Source: Parasitella parasitica NRRL 2501
Lineage: Eukaryota > Fungi > Mucoromycota
Assembly: GCA_025201805.1 (NCBI GenBank)
Contig: MU619270.1
Span: 77,037-141,036 of the forward strand
Direction of reading: 5' to 3'
Length of the DNA: 64,000 nt
The notes under the pieces are model-generated. The model had not been told where the DNA came from, ran no database searches, and saw nothing but the letters and a program-made list of their open reading frames with translations. Shown one piece after another: positions 11,935 to 23,874 of the stretch. Both the position numbers and the translations under genes were made by a program. Every line of letters starts with the position of its first letter. Within the stretch, counting starts at the first letter, position 1.

Positions 11935-13383
11935 CATTTGCCTTTTCATAGAATAAAATGGCTTCCCACGGTAGGATGCATGTCGTTTATCGCTTACTTT
12001 TTCATGCGTAAAGACTGCATATAAAGTCTTTCATGACAGTATATACTGATGAATGTATTATGACGAAGTGATAGATAAACTTAATGCTGATAGTATTCGA
12101 GGAATGCAAATATAGATTATCCTTCATTACACCTCATTGAAATTGATTGTTTTCCGTTAATCGTCATTTTATTTGATCGTCTGCCGTTGCATTTATTTTA
12201 TCAAGGTTGTCCATCTATAGGCATTGCGAGAAAAGCATGATGCTTTCAATACAGTCATCGTTATGCCGTTTTTTGCTGTTATCAGATTACATCGTATTCC
12301 TCTTTGATGCCTCCAATTAATTTTGCTCTCATCCACCTCAACTTGTTAAATGCATTTTCGTATTTGGGAAAACTATCAGTGAGGTTGCTAGTTTTTGCAA
12401 ATAAACGCAAATCTCTCGAAATTTTAAGCAGACGAAGAATTATAAATTAAATCCAGGGTCTGGATTCAACTGTGAAGAAGAACTATGTACTACAAAAATC
12501 AGGTACTTCCCATAAATTGGAAAAGCTATGTATAAAGACTTCAAGCTATGATGTATTGGAGAACAAATATGTAGATGTTTGCTTGCATAACTATATAGGA
12601 ATCATGCTACAAAATACAAACTTTTTCTGATTAAACAATGGATTCGAGTACATAAGGCGGAAGAAGAGTAAAGAGAAGCGCAGAAGCAAGAGGTAACAAA
12701 ACTAACATTAGTTCGCTTCAAAGCAGATTTGACGACTGGGCTATTTCTGTGATGTGATGATCCAAGCTGAATATTTGTCATTCGCATTCTATTCATTAAC
12801 TGGGAAATCTTTAGTTATCATTGTAAATTCAAAGATATCACGTAATCCAAAGTAACTTTTAACATTGGTTATAAGAAATCAGCAAAGTCAAAGGTCAAAA
12901 CCAACCAGTTGATCCACTTTATTGAGCGGAGTGTTATAAATTAGGTGTTGTGAGTCATCAATACTAACAATATGGATGTATATGAGTAACAAAGAAAAAA
13001 AAAACCAATAGGCTGGCTTCCCCCCATCAGACATTATCATATTGTCTAAATAATGTCAAGGGCTCATAAAGAACCATTAAGGAGAGATCACAAACAAGGA
13101 CAAATAATAAAATAGGAAAGGTCATCGGAACAAATGGACAATGTTACCCACGTTATTAGAGTGTTTGGTTAAATCATAAGTGCCTGAATAAAAAATGTCC
13201 CTTAAAAAATAGAAGCTTATTACAGTCAGCACCCCCAGAAATTTAGTTTTCTATCTTTCAGATAAAAAAAAAACCTATAAAAAGGCAGATCAATAATTGC
13301 TTTCTTTAATTTTTCCCTTTCCATTTCATAATCTTGTACATACCATACAAACATACCTTTATATATAATCAAATAAATCCGAC

Positions 13384-14529
13384 ATGACAGTCTGTATACC
13401 TACACAAGATGGCATTCCATATATCCATTGGATCAATGTATGTATTTCATTGTAAAGAGAGAGTGTGTGTACTTGATCGTCTAATTTATATATTCAGATT
13501 ATATTTGGCGATTGCGCTTACAGTAAACAGGAAGCTATCAGTCTATTACTTGGTTATAATTCTATTTTATTTTGGTTGAATGCTCAGTTGCCGCAAGTGG
13601 TTGAGAACTATAAGATGGGTTCAACAGCTGGCTTGAGCTTAAACTTTTTGTCTATTTGGTTAGCAGGTGAGATGTGAAAAAAAAAAAAAAAAACTCCTTG
13701 AATAGATATGCTGATATAATGTTATCGAATATTGATAGGAGATACTGCTAATTTGATAGGAGCGCTTTTAACACATCAATTACCATTTCAGCTTTATCTT
13801 GGATTCTATTTCGTATCAATTGACGTTTGCTTATTATGTCAGTGGATCTATTATAGTAAAATCAAATCACAGAATCCCCACTATCAGGATGATTATCTCA
13901 TTATACCCTCTCCATCTTCAAATGCAATCATCCGCAACAAATCACAGACCGAGTTATACCAACATCCCGCACAATCCCCTTTAAACATCCACGCATCTAC
14001 AGCTATTGTTGACGAATTGACACCATTTTCATCGTCTGCATCACCATCCAAATGGTACACACTCGATGGAAGCACGGAAAAGAAGCATGTAACCAAGTTT
14101 ATGGCTATGTTTTTGTTCTCAACATGGTTTTTGGTGCCGAATTCTGATTTGAGCACCATGTCGACTACCACTACCATGTCACTCTCGCAGGACAACATCA
14201 TATGGCTAGGCCGCATCTTTGCTTGGACATGCACATCTCTCTACTTGATGTCTCGCATTCCTCAATTATTGAAAAATCGTCGTCGTCAGTCAGTAGAAGG
14301 ATTGTCAGCATCCTTGTTTGTATTTGCTGCATGTGGAAACTTCACTTATGCAGCCAGTATCCTTAGCCACCCTGGACAAACCGTAGAGTCTTTATTAGAA
14401 GCACTTCCTTATCTAATTGGCAGTGCAGGAACGTTAATTTTTGATTTCTCAATTTTTTGTCAGTTCTTATACTATAAAAAAAAGGAACTGCCAACTCTTG
14501 ATGACAATAAAATTAATCAACAAGTTTAA
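13384..14529 (+). CDS. PQ-loop vacuolar cationic amino-acid transporter (Ypq/PQLC2 family), 3 exons
   Basis: Two PQ motifs (AQLPQVVENY...GLS; SRIPQLLKN..RQSVEGLS), WLAGD..NLIGA and PYLIGSAGTLIFD. Introns at about 13438-13497 and 13667-13738. Confidence 0.93.
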
Positions 14530-14632
14530 AATAAGTGTAACATTTGTTCCATTAAAGTCCGGCAGTAGTGTTTATAAAGCGTAGAGCTTGGTGCTCCATT
14601 TCTCCTCCTCTTTTTCTTTTTTGACTAAAAAA

Positions 14633-17600
14633 ATGTCTTGGCTCAACTCGCCAAAGAAATTTATAAAGCTCATATCCATCTTTATCCTAGCCAGCTTATT
14701 CCTACTTTTTCTCTTCCCAAATTCATATGCTACACTAACAACTAAAAGGACTGACTCGGATGCAGATGATCACGCTTTACCTGTTCAAAAAATAGAAACT
14801 TTAGAGTTCAATACAACCTGGGATCAAGGTAAACAACATGCACATTAGAGGCCGTACATCATTTCTCGAGCTAACAAATTATAGACCGAAATCCTTGGAT
14901 GATAAAAGATTCAATTTATAATTCAACCAATAACAATTTCTTGCAACACCTTACGTCTTATACTACTGGAGGTCATGATTACGATTTCCTTTACAAAGCA
15001 AAATCATCAGTTCATGTAGATCATTCAGCGACAATCATGCTGCCTATTTATTCAAAAGAGTCATTACTGATGTTAGATACAATATCCAGTTGGGCCTCGA
15101 ATGAAAACTATCAATTTTTTGTCATTTGTTCATCGCAATTAAAGGCCCAGGTCGACGAGAAATTAGAGAATCAGCATCATATTAAAATCACTGTCATTGA
15201 TCGATCCACAGTCGCAACAAACACTAATAGCGACAATTTTGCATTGGGCACTGCTGGTGCTTCGATTTGGCTACAACTTTTGAGGCAGAATGATATCGAG
15301 ACAGACTACGTCTACATCATGGAGGAAAATATACCGCTTACACCTTCTTCCCTTGGCGAACTCGAATACCTCATTAGAGTAAATCAATTAGACGACTATA
15401 AAAATGCCTTCATCGGCACAAAAGCATTTGTATTGGATCCTATTCAAGAGATAACTACTGAGAACTTTTGCTTACCTGTGGATAGTCATTTGCCTACGGA
15501 TATTTCACAGCCTGCTGATATGCTTTTAGGCGCATGGCTCTTGAACAAGTCCTGGTTGCCCTATATCATGACCGACATGTCACTGGATGCCCTCAAATTA
15601 CCTTTGGGTTATTATCTCAGCCTCAATCTAAAGAATCAATTGGATATCCCCACCATCGCTCTACCACTCCCTCCTAATGAACGGCAGCACACTAGCAACA
15701 AACTACTTTGTGAAAAGACACGAGAGCAGTGGGCTGGAAATGCAGAATGGAGGGATCTTGTAGCTAAAAGCCGACTCCCTACAGCTTTGCAATACAGATT
15801 TTTATCGGAACATGGTGTTTTGATTATTGCCAATGGAGCCAAACAACTCATCTCTCTGTATCCCTTGCTATGCCGCTTCAAGACCTATCCAGCACATCTC
15901 GCTATTACTGGAGACGACATCAATGGCGAAACAGTCAGAAATGCGCTACTAGAAACCAATTGTCACAACAACGTACGAGTTCATGATTTTACTCAAATTC
16001 GAGAACACACTGAAGACGTCAGTATTAGTATGCTTGTCAAGGCTATTCAGCCTCGCGTGATGATCCAGATTAAAACAAAAGACGCCATGTACTATGCTTT
16101 ACAAGCAGTGGCAGATGCCCATCATATAACTGGAATCGGATTGCCGGAAAATGAGATTGTAAATGCCTTGTGGATCCCTGACCTTTCCTTGGATGCTTTA
16201 AAATGTAAGCTTCTTTTTCGGAAATTCTCTGTTATAACACACACACACTAATGCAGCTTTGGATCTGCAATAGATTGGAATATAATTCGAATCAAACTTG
16301 TGGTGATCACAGATAGAAGACCACACTCGTTATCTCGTCTATTGCAATCAGCTGCCAAAGCAATATACGTAGGTGATCAAGTGGATTTAATGATTCATAT
16401 GGAGCAGTCAGCCGACCGCGTAACCCGCATGCTAGTGAATAGCTTCTTATGGCGTCAAGGCCAAAAGACGATTCGTCATCGTATTCGCAAAGGCGGCCTA
16501 ATGCCTGCAATCGTAGAGTCATGGTACCCGAGTAACAATGACGAGTATGCCGTTCTGCTAGAAGATGACATCGAAATATCGCCACTCTTTTATGTTTGGT
16601 CGAAATATGCCATTCTGAAATACAGATACAGCGGAAACAGTGAAGCCTATCGCCTCATGTACGGCATTAGTCTATACGCTCCTCGTAATTTGGAATTAAC
16701 GCCTGCTGGTCGTACTACATTTGATCCTAATTCCGTGCTGTTGCCTGCCGGGTATCCTCCACACATTCCTTATGCAAGTCAAGTTCCTTGTAGCTGGGGT
16801 GGTGTCTATTTCCCAGAGCATTGGCGTGAGTTCCATACTTATCTCGTCAGACGACTTGAGGACCTTAACCTTCCCAAGGATCACCGGCAACGTTTAATCA
16901 GCGTTCCTGGTAGTCGTTCCGATAAGTGGAAGAAATCCTGGAAAAAGTACTTTATTGAGTTGGTCTACTTGCGTACCTACCTCATGCTTTATCCTAATTT
17001 CCAGGACTTCGAAGCCTTCTCTACTAATCACGTGGAATTTGGTACTCATGTCAAGTCGGAAAAACGTCAATCTGTGATTGGTACCTTCATGGTACCTCTG
17101 ATGCAGCGTGATACCATCCTATCTCAGTTGCCTAATAGCAGTTTACCGTCATTTGAAGACCTGCCCGTGTTAGATCTATGGGGCCAGATACAGAGCGTGG
17201 ATGGATTGGAAACTATAGCTAGCAATTACCACAAACATGTCAGCACATGTCCTAGGACATTTGGCACATTCGACCCACTTGAATTCTTTTGCGTGGTAGA
17301 TGGTCCTCCAGATCCGTTACAGGTATTCCCAATGTCACCCAAAAAGCCCAAACCACCCATTTTGATCAAGGACGCTGTCCAGCCCATTCAATATAATTAC
17401 GTGTACGACTATACAGAAGAACAAGAAGAAAAAGCTCGTAACGAAATGCTTGAATTTGGACCTAAACCCATCGATGTTGCTCAGTTACCCGCAGTAGAAG
17501 AGCGATACTCAAACAGGGATGATGAAATGCTGGACTTGGAAAATGATTTAGATACCTTGAATAGATTGTACCTCAAGTTGAATCCTAAGAACCTTGAATT

Positions 17601-17685
17601 CTTAAACGACGAAGAGATGGACATGGAGGAAGACAATGAAGATGTCATCGACGACGAAGATATAGAAGATGAGGATGATATTTAA
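14633..17685 (+). CDS. Type II membrane glycosyltransferase-like protein (GT-A/GT2-like C-terminal domain), 3 exons
   Basis: N-terminal TM helix. Introns 14829-14884 and 16205-16273 keep the frame. Motifs ITDRRPHSLSRLL, AIVESWYP, VLLEDDIE (DxD-like), QVPCSWG..FPEHW and FSTNHVEFGTH; acidic tail. Confidence 0.85.
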
Positions 17686-19049
17686 TTTTTTTTTCTTTTA
17701 ACTTGTATATACATATATTCACAACGGACAATTTCAAATGCTTGTTGCAGCAACAAATATTATATCCAAATCATCTCATTTATTTTCTCTTGTAAACTCT
17801 ACTAGTCCTTTGAAATAAATCTGCAATTGTCAGAATTGTGCGAATTTACACATAGAATACGCTCACTTGCAGAATCAAGCATAATCCGCTATACTAGTGG
17901 TATTCCAGAAAAACGTTTATTCACAACAAAATACTTATTATAACAAAATTAGTGCTAGATACATCTTTTTGTTCTTCGTAATAACGTTGAAAATTTAAAT
18001 CGATGACTGAATCTTTATCAAGTCTTTCATCCAAGCATTGTGTATTGTTAGACGGGGAAAAAGCCAAGAGGGCTATTAGAGAATGATGCGAGTATATAAA
18101 AACATATTTCTTGCTTGGAAGAAGTTCATTGCGCTAGATGATCTAATCTTTAAAAATTCATATTTTTTCAAAAGCGGTATAGTATAAATCTTTTATTGGC
18201 TAATAAGAAATTTGGGTAAATGCATGTAAGCCAAATTAAAACAGGCATGATCATCGCTATTTGAGCATAATTTGCATGTCACTGGCCGATGCTTATACCA
18301 AAAACTATGTGCAAAAACAATCTAATAAATAATCATAGATAGTCGGTCATAATGTCGTCTCGACAAGCGGTAAAAGTGGTAACAAGCTTGTATAACAAAG
18401 GGTGACTCAACGTTATCTACTATAAACGTTCGTAATTATGAAAAAAATGATATCTATAAAGTTGCTATTATCAGAAAATGTACGGCATTTTTGAAGTTTG
18501 CTTAAATCAAATCCCACTGAGTAGTCTTTAGCTATCATAAAGGAAAGGATGAAACGTCAACGATAAATGACCATTAAAATTTGTCAAGCATATTTGCCGA
18601 GGCTTCTATAAAATGACATACACGTTATAGTGATATTTGTGGCTTCTCTGATCAATCATCACTCTACGCCCCAAATTATTCAGTGCTATAACAATCACCA
18701 TTTTACGCATATGTTATTTGACAATTTAATATTGATTTGCAATAGTTTATTTTTTTTTTTTTTTTTTTCGAGGCCAACAATAATTAGCTTTGGCAAAACC
18801 ACTCATACCTTTTCAATCAGAATCATGCAAAATCAAAAGAAAACACATAAGTTTTGTCAGAAGACAAGTCCCCAGTAGGATTCAAGTACATATGAGATAG
18901 CTTTGATTGTACTTGCATCGGCCAAGTCTAACACATGCCTTGCTTTTTTTTTTTTTTTTTTTTTTTGTTATAGGCGTTTATATGCAATTTTTGTATGAAA
19001 ATCTACGTTTTCCGTTGGTGATTTTGCATATATACATGCTTTCCTTAAT

Positions 19050-19930
19050 CAGATGGCATTGGAGCTACGACCAAAGGTCTGTTAACTTCTCCTACTGCAC
19101 CATTCAAATGATTCATATTTAGGATATGTATTTGTAGAGATTTATTTTGTCAGGTTCCAAAATATACATCTCTAGTCGTTATATGGAAGCGTAAGTAAAA
19201 TTTAATGCACAGGGCCCTGGAAAGTGTATTCACTAGTCTACAAATCTTTAAAGGCTGGATGAAGTGAGGTGCTTGGTCAAAGAATTATCAGACAAAGAAG
19301 ATTGTGAGCAGATTATAAATACTTGCTTTAAATTTATATCAACTCAATACTATTAAAATATGGATATAACAATGATGGAACTTCCGGGGCAAAAACTGCT
19401 AATTTTCCTGACCCAGTCGATAGTCTATCCTCTTACACTAGTATAACAATTTATTTAAGGACTTCGAGGACTCTACATATTAACAGTATCTAAGACGATT
19501 GTTGCTTTAATTTGTTATCTGCCAAAGCATCTAGTGAGAAACCGTTTCGTTAATCAAGATTGGTTCAGTTGGTGCTATCAGAGTAAAATACATTAACTGA
19601 TAAATTCAATGTTATCTAGGCGTATCGTTTGAGACTCTCTTATTGTAATAGATTTAACACAAGAAAAATATGCTTATTCTGCTTCCAAGATTAGTCTTCA
19701 CCATCTTTCGAGACATTAGGCTGGGCGTTCAGGGTACGGCAGCATTACAGTCGTCCCAAACGAAAATGAACTTTACATTAGATGCTTTTGGCAATATTAT
19801 TCAGTCCAAGATACGTGTATCTAGATTTGGTAGTGGCAAAGATATAGCAGATAATTGTATTTACTTTGTCTCTCGTTCAGGTCATTATACCAACGGTGCC
19901 GCGATTACTGTTAACGGCAGCAATAAAATC
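19050..19930 (+). pseudogene. Short-chain dehydrogenase/reductase pseudogene
   Basis: Collinear remnants GIG, GSKIYISSR, NAQGPGKCI, LDEVRCLVKELSDKED, NNDG (for NNAG), IKIGSV, YAYSASKISLHHLSRH* (YxxxK) and RFGSGKDIADNCIYFVSRSGHYTNGAAITVNG, with several stops and frameshifts. Confidence 0.88.
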
Positions 19931-20035
19931 AATAACTTTGTTTCAAATCTCGAAGTACATATTTATTTCAAACAATATATTTTTCCTTGTATTTTGCACT
20001 GCATTTTACATGCTTGGCTGTAAATAATGGTGTTA

Positions 20036-20218
20036 TTAACCAGAGCCACCGCCACTACCAGAACCGTTACTAGGGCCGTTACCAGAATCATTACTAGGAG
20101 GACCGCCACCGCCAAAGCTATCGCCAGCGTACCCACCACCACCAGCAGCATCGGTTCGCTTCTTCATAGTTATTGCTAAAAAGAGCATTAAACAAGTAAT
20201 CAGATTAACAGTTTTCAT
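20036..20218 (-). CDS. Small Gly/Ser/Asn-rich putative secreted peptide (60 aa)
   Basis: MKTVNLITCLMLFLAITMKKRTDAAGGGGYAGDSFGGGGPPSNDSGNGPSNGSGSGGGSG*: signal-like N-terminus. GC-rich island in AT-rich DNA; acceptor-like ttcactcgatag 10 nt before the ATG. Confidence 0.6.
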   Translation of the reverse strand: MKTVNLITCLMLFLAITMKKRTDAAGGGGYAGDSFGGGGPPSNDSGNGPSNGSGSGGGSG

Positions 20219-20399
20219 TCGAGATGTCCTATCGAGTGAAAAAAGAAGTGTTATAACACACAAATAGCAAGATTATTTTTATATGCGCTCAAGTGATATG
20301 ATTGTTGCATGATTTACTCCTTAAAACTTGATCCACGACAAAAGAAGAAATAACAAGGTACCCATCTCTGCTCCCTAGATCTGTTAAACTTTTGTTTGT

Positions 20400-22287
20400 A
20401 TACAGTCTTTTTATGGTTTCTAAAAAAAAAAAAGTTCGGATAGATGGTAAATGTCACGGTGTTTGTGATAATATATATGAAGGATTCTGATAACAAACCT
20501 TTTATTTCTGATAAAAGCTGAGAGAAGAGGTGTCAAATACAATTACATTTTTAGATTTCTATTTCAGATTAAAAAAGCCCAAGCATAGAGAATATTTGAT
20601 AATAATATACGAACTTGCGACGCCCTAATTGTTTTACTTTTGATCAAATAGCCTTTGTACAGGAGCAATAGGTATTTTTAAATGGATGACAATTTGGATT
20701 TCTGATTATCCTATTTTTCAATACAATGAAATACTTTATCAACACTGTCGACATGTACTGCAGAGCCAAACTAAACAATCACCAACGGGCCACAATACAA
20801 AATCGTTTGAATTTCATAAAGTTTAATTGTTGATAAGTTATTTCAAATATTTTCGTTAGATATTAGACATCTAAATAAACTCAAGTATTTAGACAAGTCT
20901 ATACCTAAAGGTATTAAACTAAATTACAAAACCATCAAACTGTCAAACTATCAAACTATTAAATATTAAACTACCAAACTGCATATACTAATAAGGCATT
21001 CAGTTGAACTTATCCGTCAAATTGTGCATTTAAACAATGGCAGTTTATCCCTAAATCTAAGTTTGAACCAACCATTTCATTCTGTTTTTTCAGTCTTCTC
21101 AAAAATTGCAGCATATTCAAGCAAATGGCAATCTCTATTTTTATAATTTCGCATTTTCATTTTTATCTTACATCTGTTGAGTTAAATCAATATCATGGAA
21201 TGAATATATAGTCGTGAATTGTTATAACGGACGGGTTGGCGTACAAAAATGTGTTTGGTATAGCGAGTTACCCCTATTCAGAAGTTGATACTCTACAGTA
21301 CAATGCCTGGAACCTGAAATCTACCAGAAACTTATTATGAAGCTTAACTTTTGTTAGCAAAAATTACCTTCAACTTCAATTCAGATCTCTATTTTACTTT
21401 CTGTCTTACGAGTTTAGCATTAAAATAAAAAATAAAAGAAAAGGAACTCTTGAGCTGACATAAAGTATTATTATAAGCAACTATGGTAATAGGGCTTCTC
21501 TGTCACTAGTATTAGCAACTCATGAATTATTCAAAAATAACAAGGGGTTATTACAGCAAAGCATTGTATTCATTAATCATCCTCTTCTGCTTCCAACTCG
21601 ATAGGCCGCATCTGTTTGATTACGTTACTATAAACAAAGGTATACTTGTAGCTCAAAAATACTCACTTTATAGAGCTGTGTCATGTACTACAATTGATAT
21701 TGACGTGATATCATCTCCAGATAAGTATTTTTTACAGCTTAAAAGCAAGAATTTCAACTTTGTGTGCCATTTTTTGATTGATTTTCATAATCAAATGTGC
21801 CCTGAAGACACCAGAAATAGTATCCATTGGGAAAAAACTATATTATATATGATTTTGGTGCAATTTGAGCATGATTTTTTTTTCGATGCAAAATGATGGA
21901 TTTTTTCGATTTTTTCCTTGTATCCACACATCCAAAATTATTGATTACGCATTATACTCAATTTTGACCCCAAAAATGTAACTTTTTACTATAGCATATA
22001 TTGGAGGAAAATGATCGTACAAGACCACTCCTTGATCTGAAAGACTGAAAATGCGCTCTGATTAAGCAAAATGTCGACTTTTACCTCTTAATTTGCTTTT
22101 GAGGTTTTCTCGGCAGAATTCCTTCCATAAGCATACGGGAATTATGAAATGATCCCATCGTGTAGATCGTCCAAAAATACAGCTATTATCATAGGCTGAC
22201 AGCCGTGGTATGCATAGTATCGGAAGATGATATCTTGCCTCAAAGGAGTAATTTTGTTTTCGAATTATCCAAATCGAGTTTTTGAAA
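20400..22287 (+). repeat. Dispersed non-coding repeat, copy 1 (probably extends further right)
   Basis: Direct repeat of 62247-64000. About 5 mismatches over 21522-22287 by eye; the left part is more diverged, with indels. Confidence 0.97.
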
Positions 22288-23874
22288 GAATTTTTTCTTC
22301 CTGATTTTGGATGTGTTTAATCTCCGCTTTTAAAGAAAAAATGGTGCTTTTTCAAGAAAGTATTAGCTTTTGAGAAACTATGGCTTACCCAATTCAAGAG
22401 AGAAACAATTAAAATTTAGTTTATTCAAATTCTGTGCTTCTTGGCTTTCTAATGGTAGTACTTGAATGTCTGTACCTGGCCTGACGATCTCACGCTCCGA
22501 TTTTGAAAAATACTTTTCCGAAAAAAGTCAGAAAAGTCGCTATCTTCATCTGATGTCAACTTAAAAAGTACTCCAGCCCTCCAAGCTATGCAAATATGTG
22601 ATCAAAAGGTGCTTTGTAGTGTTTTTTATTACTTTGAATTACTTGATTTTGTGTTTGAAATTGCTAAACGTTATTTTTTTACTTTTTATCTTTTTTCTGT
22701 CAATAACACACTGAAGTTCGCGTAGACCAAAAAAAAAAAATCAGCACCTACAATCAACGTAGCTGGCTTTGCAAAGACACACACTTTTGAACCATTCCAA
22801 TATATGGAAAAGATGGCACAGGCTTGACTAGCTTATATACCGTGCAACTAGATATAGAGAACCCTGCTTGGTATTTTTCTGGCAAGACTTTCTACACTAG
22901 AAGACGCCAGATCAACTGGAGGTATAAAAAAATGCTTGAGAAAAGGAAACAATCTGCCATCAGGATAGTACACCCGTTTATAAAAATTGCTTATTTCACA
23001 ACACATTCTCTTTGTATTTTGACTATGAATAAAATAAACCAATTACTTAGGGAGCTAGCAGGTTACAAGTTAGCAAGTTAGTTCGCAGCCCTAGGGCTTA
23101 AAAAGCAAAAATCACTGCTTTATACAATAGCCAACATTTAGGGCGAGGCAGAAAGTATAACACATTATTGTCATCTTGAAAGAGATGTATGTCAGAAACT
23201 GCCTCATTAATGGAATAGATGAGAGTGCAATATTGAAATTTTTAGTTTGTCAAGTAAATGTATATTTATACATAATCCTCAGATCAAGTAGTTGCTAGAT
23301 GTTTATGCTGCATAAGAGAAGATAATAGAAGAAGAACTCACATTGATTGCCCTATGAACCCAAGTAATATAATCAAAAACATTTACATTACCCAAGGTTT
23401 AATATATATAAAATAAAAATAAAATTATAAATATATTGTGCTTTTGTCAATGTTTCATGTATGCTATATAATAAAATATACGGCGACATATAATCTTAGA
23501 TCTGATCAAGAACGGTTACCATGGGAACCTTGGTCATTCAATGGATTTGATCAGGAACGGTTATCATGACAACATATACACTTGAAAACAGTAAAACTTC
23601 ATTTATTTTGAAGACTGGCAGCCTAGCAGAGCGAGATGGACCCCGCGTAAACGAAAGTCGATTTTTACCGTAGCGTAATGAAGGTGAAAAAATTATCAGA
23701 GTAGGCGGGGTGACCAGCTCACATTTATTGAAATATTACGAAGGTATAAAAGAAGTAGCTGTACATATTGCAGAATTCAACAAGGCAAAATTGAAAGATA
23801 AAAGGATAAAAAAAAAACAATGTGTGTATTGTATACCGTACAATGAAAGGGATTCTACAAGTGGTTTTTCATAC

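Noticed and set aside
12037-12096. TGATGA...CTGA with a terminal stem as a C/D snoRNA
   Set aside because: Only 44 nt from box C to box D, too short; no guide sequence identified.
21522-21896. 124-aa ORF duplicated at 63235-63609
   Set aside because: Its conservation is explained by the repeat's 99% DNA identity. No recognisable domain, and 2 of 3 substitutions are non-synonymous.
20400-23700. The repeat as a Helitron or as LTRs of one 43-kb retroelement
   Set aside because: No GC hairpin plus CTRR|T end, no TG...CA ends or PBS/PPT. The interval holds conserved housekeeping genes and no gag/pol.
23640-23711. Hammerhead ribozyme or SECIS on the minus strand (CTGATAA)
   Set aside because: The core deviates from CUGANGA, there is no GAAA after stem II, and stem I does not close. 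The upstream ATPase has no in-frame UGA.
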